The notes beneath the pieces are model-generated. The model had not been told where the DNA came from and did not search any database. It was given only the letters and a program-made list of their open reading frames with translations. This document shows, in pieces, positions 37,407 to 48,252 of a stretch of DNA of 64,000 nt. How positions within the stretch are numbered: the first letter of the stretch is position 1; every line of letters begins with the position of its first letter. Source of the DNA: a virus (lineage: Duplodnaviria; Caudoviricetes); the IMG/VR virus record IMGVR_UViG_3300017721_001026, positions 1 to 64,000 of that record; one strand, written 5' to 3'. The position numbers and the translations under genes were made by a program.

Positions 37407-40400
37407 TTATGCGAATGCAATTGCTCTTAGGTCACGAATTCTTGGTGGGTAACACTGGTTAGTTGATGTTCCAACTAGTTTTACACTAAAGAATTTGAAT
37501 GATGGTAGATTTTCGATAGTGAAGGAGTAATCTTTAAACGTCAATGACGTGGATTGGAATCCTTTATTATCTGTCGGTGTAACCAACTTATCTGATCTAC
37601 CACTGTTCTTGGAAGGATCAATTACCTGACCACTTTCAAGTAAGTTATCATAACCTGGGAATGGATAGTAAATTAATGATTCTGAAGGATCATTGGTCAA
37701 TGCATAGAATGCTCTGATATCAGAGAAGTTATTAATATATGCAGAACACATCAACTTAATATTAGTTGCTGGAATTTCTAACCCAATCGGTTTAGTTGCA
37801 TATAAGAACGCACTAGGATCATCCTGAACAGTTGCTACACGTGGATCAGTTACAAAATCAGTAACTACATTATTAACTCTGTTAGAAACGAAGATAGCAC
37901 CGATTCTATCCATATCAATCACTGGTGATAGTCTAGGATCAAATGATGTCATATTGAGCTCAAGTTCAAATGATCTATTTCCTGGGAGTGTTGTTAATAG
38001 AGCATCAGCATTTGCTTTAGATGCAATCATTCTTGGTGTATCGAAATAATTGTCATCCTCAAGATTGATTGATTGATAACCAGAGTCCAAGAATGAAACT
38101 TCATTACCACTGATACTAGTGGAAGTAACTGTTCTTACTCTTGAAGTCAAATTAGTTCTCTGTAGAATCATTGACTGAACAATTGGTTTCATAACCTCAT
38201 AATGAATATTCTGTGTAGCAGTAGCACTTTCACCACCAGCAGACTTAGACTCATTTGCATACAATGTTGGTAATGATGCTGAGGATGATCTATCAACACC
38301 ATCCGCAGAATTATCAATTTTTAAAGTATAATGGTCGAGACCAATATCCTCAGTTACAGTTGCATCTTGTAGTGAGTGGGACTTGTTGATTCTTCTTAGT
38401 GAAATACCAGCAGTCTCATATTTTTCAACAATAGATTGATCTTCATATGCACCACCGAATGTAGAATCAATACGTCTTATAATACCACCAAGGGTATTAC
38501 CAATCACTGAGGTATATGAGATAATTTCATCTTCAATTTTAACATAACCTGGGTTTGTAGTTCCAACACCAACACCTTCAAAGTTCTCAAAGTCAGAAGC
38601 ATCTGAGATAACTAGATCATCCGTTGAATTAAGTAAATAATCACCCTCAAGTCTTACGATAGGAACATCTGTGGAAACACTATCAATAACAACATTATTT
38701 GTATCTGAATGCATACCATGATTTAGATGATTAACCTTGATATGTAATCCATCAGTTACTACTCTTGGTGAGGTTAAAATATCTGTAGATCCTTGATCAG
38801 TAAACTCTGTAGTTACACCACTAGAATTAATATATCTTAGAGTGTTTCCACCACCGACAATGAAGTCTCCCTGTACTTGATCAAGTACAAGTTCACTGAT
38901 ACCGTAAGTATCGGTTATAGAAAGTTGTAGATTTCTACCAACTCCACCACCAATTGTGGCAGTTAGAACGTCACCAACTTTAAATCCATTACCACCATCA
39001 GAGATCGTAGCAGCAGCTGCGACACCACTGTTTACATGAATATTTGCAGTTGCATTCTCACCTCTTCCAGTTAGTTTGGTTAGTGGAACATTATTATATT
39101 GGAAGAATCCAGATGAAGGTGTTAGTCCGAGACCAGCATTAGTTACTGCCATTGTGCCAGTAGCAATACCAAGACCCATTACATAATTACCAGATGCATT
39201 TGAACTATCTTGGATAACAGTATTACCTGCAACAATATCTTCACCCCAATTTCTTGCGGTTGTTCCAAGTCCAACGATGATTCTTCTAGAATTCATTTCT
39301 AGAGAATCTTTCTTAAGTGTTGCTACTTGTCTGTTTCCAGGAGATAGATCTGGGTTAAAGAAACTAACATTTCCTTCAGAGATAAAGTTTGCTCTGTTAA
39401 GTCTAAACTTAAGATCCTCATACTGACTTGGAGTCCAACTGGATCCATTCTGAGATTTAAACATGGAACCAAGAGATGACTGCTTGGTAATTGGAACTTG
39501 CTGAGACTCGGGTAGTGCTAGTGATGAAACATCAACTTCACCTAGTCTAGAAACCCATAATGTGAAGTCTGTCGCATTAGATCCAACAACAACACAATGT
39601 TCTTTATTGCCTTCCAAGTAAACTGGTGCTGGGAATGTTACAGTTGTAGGAACACTCGCATCATCAGAAACTTGAATTTGTTCACCAGTTAGGACAACCT
39701 GAGACATTGGGTAGATAACTTCTGCTGAAGGGATACCATTTATCATAGGTCTCAATTCAACAAAACACGTTTGTCCAGTTGTTGAAGTTGTTCTAAAGAA
39801 CAGATCAACAGATGTTGCAAAGATTCCTGTAGGATCTGCCTGACTACCAATCATGAAAGACTGTGCAATAGGATCTCTTCTTCTTCTACGACGCCTTGGT
39901 CTTGGTCTTGGTCTACGTCTGGGACGTGGCCTTGGTCTAGGTCTAGGTCTGGGTCTTGGTCTAGGACGTGGCCTTGGTCTAGGTCTTGGTCTAGGACGTG
40001 GTTGAGGTCTAGGTCTAGGTCTAGGACGTGGTTGAGGTCTTGGACGTGGATTTGGTCTAGGTCTAGGAGCAGGACGTGGGTTAGGTGTTGGATTTGGTAC
40101 AGGTCTAGGTCTAGGTCTGGGTGATGGATTTGGTGTTGGTCTAGGTTGTGGTCTAGGACGTGGTTGAGGTCTTGGTTGTGGTTGTGGACGTGGAATTGGT
40201 ACTGGTTGTGGGAGAGTAACATCGATATCTACCGCCAAGTCAACAAGAGTCTCACGACTTCTACTAATAGGTCTAGATTGTTGAGTATATGCGTTGGTAA
40301 CTTCTACATTTCTTGTTGAAATTATCTGACCTTGAACATTATCAATACTTCCCTGAGAGAAGAAATCTTTTTCACCACCAGTGTAAGAAACACCTTCAAT

Positions 40401-43400
40401 CGGATCTAATGTGTCTGCATCACCAATCTTAAAGGTTACATTTCCACTTCTAAACTTGGGAGCTCCCAGTGCATTGGGATTTGGAACATAGAATGATGCT
40501 TGCATCATCCCAACATTATCACTAGTAAGTCTCAAGGTTGTAATTCTTGCTCTTGCACCACTACTTCTACCTTGTAGAATCATACCTTCGGAAACATATC
40601 CAAAATGTTCACCAGACGGTGCTAGAGCCATCGATGCTAGATCTACATTCAGAATTGTTGATGTTGTAGAATATAGGTCGGGCATTTCCTCACGTGTGTA
40701 AGGATTGATGGTATAAACATCTTGAGGATCGTTATATGGTCCCGTTCTATGGTGGGAGTCAGCAACTCTGAAAAGTGCATATGGTAAATCTTGATTTACA
40801 CCTGGTCTTCTTGCATTTGCTCCACCAGAAACAACAGTTTCACCAACTGTAAACGTTCCAGAAATCATTTCAATTTCTAGAAGTTTTGGAACACAATAAT
40901 TAGTTACTCTCGTTGATCCAAAGAACGCATACAATCTGGTATGAGGTTTCATACCTTTAGTAATAATTTCAATATTTCTTGCTCGCATGAAGCTAGAAAC
41001 TTCAGAAGATACAAGTTTATCACCAAGATTAATAGTATTTCCAGGTATTGTCTGTATTCTTTGAGAAAAACCTGGTTGAGTTGCAGTTCCTGTTCTAGTA
41101 ACGGTTTCTAGAGTTGCAGTAGCACTTGCAGTAGCACTTCCTGGTCTTGTGCCATTACCACCACGTAGGGTTTGAGAGTCTCTACCAGATACTGTTCTTC
41201 TAGTGGTTGTTCTACCAGTCCAATTTTTATTCCATCCACCCCATAATGTTGGAGACCAACCTGATTGAGGATCTAGATCTGCTGGAGTTGCTGTAATATT
41301 AGTCTGAGTAATTCCACCAAGTAATCCTTCAATAGTTTGAGTTTCAATTCTTGATTGTTCAATCCAAATATCTGAAGATGGATTGAGTGTTACTTGACCA
41401 GTGTAAAAATCAACAAAGTATGGTGCAGCATTTACAACTCTTGTTGCTGTCAATTGAGATTCTGATTCAACTTCTTCATAGTCTAGGGTTATGACACCCA
41501 TACCATCTGTCCCAGCACTTCCATTTGGATCTATGGTAGATCTTCTAATATTTTCACCAACGAGGTCTTGAGCAAAACGTATATCAGATGTAGGGTCAAC
41601 AACTCCATTAATTCCAGTAGAAGCAGTTGAACCTAGTAATAAGTCAAGTTCTGTAGTATATGAGGAAGGTCTTAGTTCATTATTCTCTGGATCAATAGAA
41701 TTCTTTGCACCCAATTTGATTTGGTTTGTTGTAGATGTGAAGTTATCAACATAAAAACCAGACTTAAATCTGGTTGCTCCATCGGAATCTTTAATTTCTA
41801 AATTAGCAGTATTTGTTTCTAGAAGAGATAGTTGTGTATAATACTCAAGATTTGCAACTCTCTTTTCCAATAGTGCAATATCTTGCATTCTATATCTTTT
41901 GTGATCTAGAATAGATATTTTTGCATCATTGATATTTGACAAATATGGAGGATATGTTACTACAGCAACTTCCATCGAATTATCGAGTGGGAGTGGTGCC
42001 TCTGGATTTTCTTCTGGTGTTCCCTGAACGATTTGGAATGATTTTGATTTGTTTAGATAGATTCTATCAATTCTTCCTAAGTATATTGAATAATCGAGTT
42101 CAACTGACTCATCTGATGCCAATACATTTAAATTATTATTTTGAGGTGAATCAAAAGACCTACCCAAGAATTCAAATGGGGATCTAACACCTTCAGATAC
42201 TGAATATGATTTAACTTTTGGTCTTATATCAATAAGATCACTTTGCCTCAAACCATCAATAGTCGCAATATTTGAATAATCAAAGTTCTCATATGAATTT
42301 GCAGTTACTAGAGTTCCAGTATCTGAACTATCAACACTGGCATATTCGTATATGACAGTTACTTTTTTTGTAGGTGGTTTTGTATTTTCTTTTCTAACAA
42401 TTCTAGAATAATCGTAAATTGTAGATTTAGTTGAGTTATTGAAAGTATATTTTGATGTGATTTCATTATCACCATCTACAATTATACTGATAGTTGCAGT
42501 AATTGAGGATTCTTTGAATGTAATTTCCTCACCAACACTAAATTTCTTACCGTTAAGATAAACTACTTCGGCAGTTGATGAGTTTACTTTGTTAACTAAA
42601 ACAGCAACACAATTACTTTCATTACCAATAATTTCTTCACCATTTAGAGTATCTTCAACACTTCCATTAAAACTACTGACATCACTTAAAGTAAGTCTTG
42701 GTAGTTGTGGTGTTCCAGTTGTAGATGATTCATAAATTGCATGAATTTTAGTAACGTCTGGTTCTAATAGACAGATTTCATTATCCTGAACTCTAGTTCC
42801 ATATGGATAGTTTCCATAAGTTAGACCATCATTTAAAGTTGTCGCACCAACACCAGATCCATCCAAAGATGATTTATCGACAAGAATAGTTTTTACTCTA
42901 TTTCTAATCTTGTTTTGTGATTTTATTTGATTCTTCTTTAGTGTAGAAACTAGAGTTGCTGAACCAAGAACACTTAGACCCTTGATAATTAACTCTCTAC
43001 TTCCACTAGTAATTGTAACTTTATCTTCAGTTAGTGCTTCAGTTTCACCATCTGCATTGATGACAATATATCTTTCTTCATCGAATGGTAAGAATGTCTC
43101 ACCCGTTTCAAGATCAGCAGGAAGAATTGTTAGTCTTCCACCAGTTTCATCAGCAACAATTGGTTCATTGAAAACTTTTCTGATAGTAATTGAAGAATTT
43201 GTTAGGGATACATTTGCTACGTTTTCTTTAGGTAGTGGAGTATATAATGTATCTGATCCGTTATCACCTAACTGAGTGGTTACTTTAGTAACATTAACAG
43301 TTCCATTACCAAATAGTGCTCCGTTATGAACACCTGCGACTGCTTGAGTTGCTTCAACGGTTATATTATCAGAAATTACTGTTGTTACTCTATTGAGTGT

Positions 43401-45206
43401 GGATAGAGTATCACCAGACTTTCTGAATGAGATAAGATCACCAACAACAAAATCTTTTGTAAAATCTCTATCTGCCTGTGCTACAGTTACTCCACCACCA
43501 CTAAAAGTACATTCACCCAATTCTAAGGAAGAAGACTGTCTTACGTCACCAGAGAATGTGGTAATTCCAATTTCACCATGAACTGACTTGACATTGGAAA
43601 TTCCATAATTTGTTGAAGAAAGAACAATTCTATCACTGTCTTCACCGTTAAAGATTAGCTCTTCACCCTTAATGAAGTTACCAGTTACGTTATATGCGGT
43701 GATGATGCCAGAACTTACTGCTTCATATCTAAGATAACCAATAGCACCACTAGATTTACCTTTGATGAACGTAGGTATTTGTTGTAATGTTAGATTTTGA
43801 TTAAGAGTTAGATCAGTAAATGGAACAACATCAAATAGAGTTAAATCAAAGGAATTTGTAAGTGGATTCGCAGAATCATAAGATCCAGTTTCTAGAGCAT
43901 AATCATAAACTCTTGCCAGACCAATTTCTTTACCTGCTGCAACTGTTGCTGCTGCTCCAACTCTTTCACTTCTAAGAGATAGTGTGTATGTTGTAGATAG
44001 TCCAATTTTTGGAGCACCATATACATTATTAAGTCTTAATGTAGACCCAGTTGCATATTCTACTGCTTGAGACTTAAATTCTTTTGTAGTTCTTGGTTTT
44101 AAAATATCTAGTGAAGCACCAGAAGGTATATTTACTTCATATCCTTGAACATATGCTTTACCAGAAGAAAGTTGATATACTGCTAAATCATCTCTAGGTG
44201 TTTCACCAGACTGTGTAGTTTCATCTTCTGCATATATGCCATCACTTCCTTTAAAGTCTTGTAGACTATTTTTTACTTCTAAAGTAAAGGGTTTTATATA
44301 ATAATTACCACTCTCATCAAAGGTTCTTCTTGCCATTTCATCTGCAAGAATATTATACTGTGGGTTTTCAACTTTTGAAGAGGTAATTGCTCCATTAACA
44401 ACCTTAGCTAGTTCAATAAAATTTTGTGGAATTTCATCACCATCAATAATCGCAGACATCTTTGCTGTGATTTTTAGTCTATCAGCACCAGGAGCAGCAA
44501 AGTTAACGAATCCTTGTGAATTATCATATAGTGCTTCATCATCGTAAGAGGAAACAAAATCCTCTTCAACTTCAAAACCTAAAGTAAATGTTGGTTCTGG
44601 TTCTGTAGTAGAAACAATTAAAAACTGCTCTGCAACTTTAACAAAGTATCCCCTTAAAAAGAAAACACCTTCGGTAAGTTTAGCAATACAACCTGATTCA
44701 AATTGTTTTACTGTTGCAACTGAAGCACCTGCAGAAAAACTGGTAATTGCAGCATCAGTTAGAGGAATAGATTCCTGTACAAAAATATCTTCGTCTACTT
44801 CAAATTCTTGCTGTTCATTGTCTATACCACCTTCAAGTAAACTAACGATTATATGTGTATCTTGATATCCTTCAACTTTTGCAATTACACCACTATCTGC
44901 ACCAACAATATTTTTTCCAACTAATGAACTTAAATACTGAGTTATATCTAATCCATTAAAAGTCCTTTCAAGTTCTAAAGAAACTTGATCTGCATTTACA
45001 ACTAAGGATCCAGGAATTACAACAGATCCTTCTTTAAATACATGATTACCAAATTGCTCTACTTGATTTTGAACAATGCTCTGTAGAGTTGTAAGTTCTC
45101 TAGCCTGAACAGGTTGACCAGGTTTGAACAGAACCTTATAAAAGTTATTTGACTCATCAAAATCGTCGAAGTATGGAAATGTGTTTAGATTCGTTAGTTG
45201 TGGCAT
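37407..45206 (-). CDS. VrlC/DUF4815-like large virion structural protein
   Basis: N-terminal PYFDDF....FYKVLFKPG..VQARELT.LQS, APGADR.K, LARRTFDESG.Y-like, RY.M.DI..LEKR..NLEYYT.LSLLE, DP.AQSF, C-terminal P...DLRAIA. Confidence 0.88.
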   Translation of the reverse strand: MPQLTNLNTFPYFDDFDESNNFYKVLFKPGQPVQARELTTLQSIVQNQVEQFGNHVFKEGSVVIPGSLVVNADQVSLELERTFNGLDITQYLSSLVGKNIVGADSGVIAKVEGYQDTHIIVSLLEGGIDNEQQEFEVDEDIFVQESIPLTDAAITSFSAGASVATVKQFESGCIAKLTEGVFFLRGYFVKVAEQFLIVSTTEPEPTFTLGFEVEEDFVSSYDDEALYDNSQGFVNFAAPGADRLKITAKMSAIIDGDEIPQNFIELAKVVNGAITSSKVENPQYNILADEMARRTFDESGNYYIKPFTLEVKNSLQDFKGSDGIYAEDETTQSGETPRDDLAVYQLSSGKAYVQGYEVNIPSGASLDILKPRTTKEFKSQAVEYATGSTLRLNNVYGAPKIGLSTTYTLSLRSERVGAAATVAAGKEIGLARVYDYALETGSYDSANPLTNSFDLTLFDVVPFTDLTLNQNLTLQQIPTFIKGKSSGAIGYLRYEAVSSGIITAYNVTGNFIKGEELIFNGEDSDRIVLSSTNYGISNVKSVHGEIGITTFSGDVRQSSSLELGECTFSGGGVTVAQADRDFTKDFVVGDLISFRKSGDTLSTLNRVTTVISDNITVEATQAVAGVHNGALFGNGTVNVTKVTTQLGDNGSDTLYTPLPKENVANVSLTNSSITIRKVFNEPIVADETGGRLTILPADLETGETFLPFDEERYIVINADGETEALTEDKVTITSGSRELIIKGLSVLGSATLVSTLKKNQIKSQNKIRNRVKTILVDKSSLDGSGVGATTLNDGLTYGNYPYGTRVQDNEICLLEPDVTKIHAIYESSTTGTPQLPRLTLSDVSSFNGSVEDTLNGEEIIGNESNCVAVLVNKVNSSTAEVVYLNGKKFSVGEEITFKESSITATISIIVDGDNEITSKYTFNNSTKSTIYDYSRIVRKENTKPPTKKVTVIYEYASVDSSDTGTLVTANSYENFDYSNIATIDGLRQSDLIDIRPKVKSYSVSEGVRSPFEFLGRSFDSPQNNNLNVLASDESVELDYSIYLGRIDRIYLNKSKSFQIVQGTPEENPEAPLPLDNSMEVAVVTYPPYLSNINDAKISILDHKRYRMQDIALLEKRVANLEYYTQLSLLETNTANLEIKDSDGATRFKSGFYVDNFTSTTNQIKLGAKNSIDPENNELRPSSYTTELDLLLGSTASTGINGVVDPTSDIRFAQDLVGENIRRSTIDPNGSAGTDGMGVITLDYEEVESESQLTATRVVNAAPYFVDFYTGQVTLNPSSDIWIEQSRIETQTIEGLLGGITQTNITATPADLDPQSGWSPTLWGGWNKNWTGRTTTRRTVSGRDSQTLRGGNGTRPGSATASATATLETVTRTGTATQPGFSQRIQTIPGNTINLGDKLVSSEVSSFMRARNIEIITKGMKPHTRLYAFFGSTRVTNYCVPKLLEIEMISGTFTVGETVVSGGANARRPGVNQDLPYALFRVADSHHRTGPYNDPQDVYTINPYTREEMPDLYSTTSTILNVDLASMALAPSGEHFGYVSEGMILQGRSSGARARITTLRLTSDNVGMMQASFYVPNPNALGAPKFRSGNVTFKIGDADTLDPIEGVSYTGGEKDFFSQGSIDNVQGQIISTRNVEVTNAYTQQSRPISRSRETLVDLAVDIDVTLPQPVPIPRPQPQPRPQPRPRPQPRPTPNPSPRPRPRPVPNPTPNPRPAPRPRPNPRPRPQPRPRPRPRPQPRPRPRPRPRPRPRPRPRPRPRPRPRPRRRPRPRPRRRRRRRDPIAQSFMIGSQADPTGIFATSVDLFFRTTSTTGQTCFVELRPMINGIPSAEVIYPMSQVVLTGEQIQVSDDASVPTTVTFPAPVYLEGNKEHCVVVGSNATDFTLWVSRLGEVDVSSLALPESQQVPITKQSSLGSMFKSQNGSSWTPSQYEDLKFRLNRANFISEGNVSFFNPDLSPGNRQVATLKKDSLEMNSRRIIVGLGTTARNWGEDIVAGNTVIQDSSNASGNYVMGLGIATGTMAVTNAGLGLTPSSGFFQYNNVPLTKLTGRGENATANIHVNSGVAAAATISDGGNGFKVGDVLTATIGGGVGRNLQLSITDTYGISELVLDQVQGDFIVGGGNTLRYINSSGVTTEFTDQGSTDILTSPRVVTDGLHIKVNHLNHGMHSDTNNVVIDSVSTDVPIVRLEGDYLLNSTDDLVISDASDFENFEGVGVGTTNPGYVKIEDEIISYTSVIGNTLGGIIRRIDSTFGGAYEDQSIVEKYETAGISLRRINKSHSLQDATVTEDIGLDHYTLKIDNSADGVDRSSSASLPTLYANESKSAGGESATATQNIHYEVMKPIVQSMILQRTNLTSRVRTVTSTSISGNEVSFLDSGYQSINLEDDNYFDTPRMIASKANADALLTTLPGNRSFELELNMTSFDPRLSPVIDMDRIGAIFVSNRVNNVVTDFVTDPRVATVQDDPSAFLYATKPIGLEIPATNIKLMCSAYINNFSDIRAFYALTNDPSESLIYYPFPGYDNLLESGQVIDPSKNSGRSDKLVTPTDNKGFQSTSLTFKDYSFTIENLPSFKFFSVKLVGTSTNQCYPPRIRDLRAIAFA
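39876..40211 (-). repeat. Hexanucleotide-based tandem repeat encoding a 112-aa Pro-Arg/Pro-Gln/Pro-Asn tract ending in seven Arg
   Basis: Units CCTAGA/CCAAGA/CCACGT on the minus strand; exact 23-bp copies at 39988, 40018, 40150 and at 39922, 39964. Confidence 0.95.
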
Positions 45207-45212
45207 AATTCT

Positions 45213-46781
45213 TTAGAACTGCAATACGATTTTGATATCTTCTCTTTGGTTTTCAGATCTTGTAATAGATGGTCTATTATCAATATAAACCAAATCTCCA
45301 GAGTATTTCTTCACTTCTGGTGTAGAAACCCCATCGGTGAATGACTGTCCAAGATAGTAACTTAGGTTATTTATGACGAATTTATCATCACTAAATGTAG
45401 TATCAATCTTAAGATCTTGATTTGATCCAGTGATATTTAATGTTCCACCACTTCCTGGAGAAGCAGTAAAATCGGTAAAATTATTTCCGTAAACTCCTAT
45501 CCCGTCAGTGTTTTCTAACTCATAATCAAATCCATGAGAAATTCTATCTTGCCAATACTTCAGAACTCCTGTATTTTTGTTATAGGAAACAACTCTACCA
45601 ACTGCAGTTGATCCAGCGGATACAGTTTGTGTAATAGTTGCATTTGCATCAAACGTTGCGTTAATATAATCAGTTGACGCATTAACACCAGTAAGTTTTA
45701 GTGCATATAAGGCACTTGCTTGATTTTTTTGAAGTGATTCTGTAGAATTAAATTCTTCTGGATTTGCAATAATACCAATTCTTGAAACTCTGTTTCCAAC
45801 AATAAAGTCTGGATTCGTTGCATCATTCTTAATTTGAGAATAAATTAAGACTTTTGTACAACCAAGTTCTCTATAGATATCGGCACCATGACCACTTTTT
45901 GGTGGAATAATAACATCAAAAGTTGGAGTTGTTGTTAAACTAGTTGGGAAGTTTCCAGTTGTTAAATCAACACGTGCATATGTGTATCCATTACCACCAT
46001 TTGAAATGGTAACAGAATCAACTTTTGATTGATTATCAATTACAATTGTTGCTTCTCCACCAGTACCATCACCAACAATATCGCAAGTATATACTTGGTT
46101 CGGTGATCCTACATCAACACCTCTAGTTTTAACAGTAGCAATTTTTAACTGACCACTATTTGACGCATTTAGTCTTACTGATTGATACTCGTCTGCAGTA
46201 TCCCAATCAGTTGGAACTGTGATATAATTTAAGGTATCAAATTTAATGATATCGTTTGGGTTAATTGTAAAAAGATATTTCCAAATATATCCATCACCAC
46301 TTGTACCAGCACTTCTTGGTTCTAGGTCGATGAATGTTGGTTCATCAAGTGATGGTCTGCCATTTGGGTTTTCTGGATCTGTTCCATTTTGTAAACAAGA
46401 ATATACTTTAAAGTCCTTATTTACGATATAAAAATTTGCAGAATATAGACTGGTTGCTAATGATGGTTGTGATACTTTATCACGGTTAATATCATGTCTA
46501 TACATGTCATAAGTAATACCTGATGTCCAGATATTTTTTTTCAAAGCAAATCTAACATTATTTGAATCAACTTTTTTCAATCCAATAATTGTATCCCAGT
46601 TATGATTCTCTTGATCAAAATTGTCTTTTGGTGCAGGAGGATCTTCGTCCCAGGTGCTCAAGTATTCATTTGGATTTGTTAATCCAACGAATGTGTAATA
46701 GTTATTGTCGGCAGAAGTAATTTCACTAATGAAATTCTTTGCATTCAATATTCTAAGTTGATCTGTTACGATTGCAGACAT
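45213..46781 (-). CDS. g8: Baseplate wedge subunit (T4 gp8)
   Basis: M.AI.TDQ.RI.NA, VY.C..NG, DGYIWKYL, SGD..YIDNR..I.R...Q.EDIK....F; ATAAATA box at 46799-46805. Confidence 0.93.
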   Translation of the reverse strand: MSAIVTDQLRILNAKNFISEITSADNNYYTFVGLTNPNEYLSTWDEDPPAPKDNFDQENHNWDTIIGLKKVDSNNVRFALKKNIWTSGITYDMYRHDINRDKVSQPSLATSLYSANFYIVNKDFKVYSCLQNGTDPENPNGRPSLDEPTFIDLEPRSAGTSGDGYIWKYLFTINPNDIIKFDTLNYITVPTDWDTADEYQSVRLNASNSGQLKIATVKTRGVDVGSPNQVYTCDIVGDGTGGEATIVIDNQSKVDSVTISNGGNGYTYARVDLTTGNFPTSLTTTPTFDVIIPPKSGHGADIYRELGCTKVLIYSQIKNDATNPDFIVGNRVSRIGIIANPEEFNSTESLQKNQASALYALKLTGVNASTDYINATFDANATITQTVSAGSTAVGRVVSYNKNTGVLKYWQDRISHGFDYELENTDGIGVYGNNFTDFTASPGSGGTLNITGSNQDLKIDTTFSDDKFVINNLSYYLGQSFTDGVSTPEVKKYSGDLVYIDNRPSITRSENQREDIKIVLQF

Positions 46782-46804
46782 GATCGATTATTTTTAGTTA
46801 TTTA

Positions 46805-47668
46805 TTAGGTTAGTGGTAAGGTTGTTGATCCTACTCCAGGTACATTAATAATTAATTGACTTCCAGTTGAGTCAACATTAATCTGAGCAGTGGTAGTTCC
46901 AGTATTAGTTGAAATACCTAGACTGGACTGGATATATCCAGATGTAAGTGTTATGTTTCCATTATCCATGGAAATATCACCAGTTCCAGTGATGTCACTA
47001 CCGTTTAGATCTAAATCTCCACCCAATTGTGGTGATGCATCTCCCAACAGATGAGTAGAAATTCCTGTCAAACTTGAATATGGATAACTGGTTGCATCAA
47101 CCAAATTAAATTCTGGAGATGCATCAGTATCTCCAAGATTAAAAGTAATTCCTCCAATACTGATAGTAGAGTTCGTTAATGCAGCATTCGGTACGTTAGT
47201 TAGTGACGCACCAGAACCTTCAAATGTAGTAGCAGTAACAATACCAGTTACATTGACTCCAGTTGCAGTCACAGTGACCGCAGAACCTACAGAAAGACCA
47301 ATATCGGTAAAAGTACTTGCAGCACCAATTGTAGTTGCATTGTAGAATGTAGAAACACCTGCAACAGTAATTCCACCACCAACAACTGCAATACCATCTC
47401 TTGCAGTAACCAATCCAACAGAATCAATATTAGTTACATCTTCATATGTAAGAGTTCCAGCAATTCCAACATCACCATTAAAGTATGCTCCAGTAGCAGT
47501 GATGAATCCAACTGTAAGATCGGGGTCTCCAGTTAATAAACTTGTACCATTTCCAAGTGCATCATAAATTTCTTGAAAATTATCGTTAACCTTAACGGCA
47601 CCTACAAGGAGAGAGTCTCCAGTACCGTCATTTGGTGTAGTTCCAGTTGATATACCTTGTAGTGACAT
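46805..47668 (-). CDS. Structural protein with gp9/gp10-like N-terminus
   Basis: I..GT.PNDGTGD.L.....K.N.NF.E.Y..LG motif; LTYEDVTNIDSVG and SPQLGGDLD.NG fibre repeats. Confidence 0.75.
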   Translation of the reverse strand: MSLQGISTGTTPNDGTGDSLLVGAVKVNDNFQEIYDALGNGTSLLTGDPDLTVGFITATGAYFNGDVGIAGTLTYEDVTNIDSVGLVTARDGIAVVGGGITVAGVSTFYNATTIGAASTFTDIGLSVGSAVTVTATGVNVTGIVTATTFEGSGASLTNVPNAALTNSTISIGGITFNLGDTDASPEFNLVDATSYPYSSLTGISTHLLGDASPQLGGDLDLNGSDITGTGDISMDNGNITLTSGYIQSSLGISTNTGTTTAQINVDSTGSQLIINVPGVGSTTLPLT

Positions 47669-47690
47669 TATGATAGACTAACTTTATGAC

Positions 47691-48242
47691 TTATTTATAA
47701 GCAGACCATTTAATATCGTTCTTACATCGAATTTCCATATTTACAGAAATCCTCCATTCACTAGTCGGAACAAAATTTGGATCATGATACAAATTTCCAG
47801 GAAAAATGATTAGATCATCTATTCTTGGTTGATAATATCCCCATTTCCCAGAATCTGGGTTTTCAGTGAACATGATTGGTCCACATTCATTACCATTGTG
47901 TTTTGGAACATTCAAATAATAAACAGAATTGATAGTGCAATCATGAATATGTGGGTTAAATGCCCAATATTCATTATTTGTGCAAAATGCCCAACACTTA
48001 TCACTATTATCAGATTTATAATCTAATTTCTTAAACAACTCTTCCGATTTTTTGGTAAATTTTGAATATAAAATGGAAAATAACCCAGTTTGATCTATCT
48101 CAATTGGGTTATTTGATTTATATGCATTTGAATCTCTAATTAGATGTTGTCTCCTACTTGAAAGGACATCATCAATCATTAGTTTTCTATCACTTTCACC
48201 GATTTTTGCAAAATCGTGTAATATAATCACTGGTAGATTCAT
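47691..48242 (-). CDS. Putative 2OG-Fe(II) oxygenase (HxH type) inserted in the baseplate module
   Basis: W...........PHIH.....SVYYL.VP, LIIFPG.L.H, RIS.N. Confidence 0.8.
   Translation of the reverse strand: MNLPVIILHDFAKIGESDRKLMIDDVLSSRRQHLIRDSNAYKSNNPIEIDQTGLFSILYSKFTKKSEELFKKLDYKSDNSDKCWAFCTNNEYWAFNPHIHDCTINSVYYLNVPKHNGNECGPIMFTENPDSGKWGYYQPRIDDLIIFPGNLYHDPNFVPTSEWRISVNMEIRCKNDIKWSAYK
47692..47699 (-). promoter_or_regulatory. T4-type late promoter TATAAATA
   Basis: Exact consensus overlapping the stop of the 2OG oxygenase gene, upstream of 46805-47668. Confidence 0.8.
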
Positions 48243-48252
48243 TTTATCAATA

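Noticed and set aside
39876-40211. Repeat region as a CRISPR array or DGR template
   Set aside because: No unique spacers, no cas or reverse transcriptase gene; the repeats are in-frame coding sequence
39851-40222. Alternative-frame 123-aa ORF (LD/QD/HV repeats) across the Pro-Arg tract
   Set aside because: Expected by-product of a hexamer repeat lacking stops in that frame; no RBS or slippery site recognised
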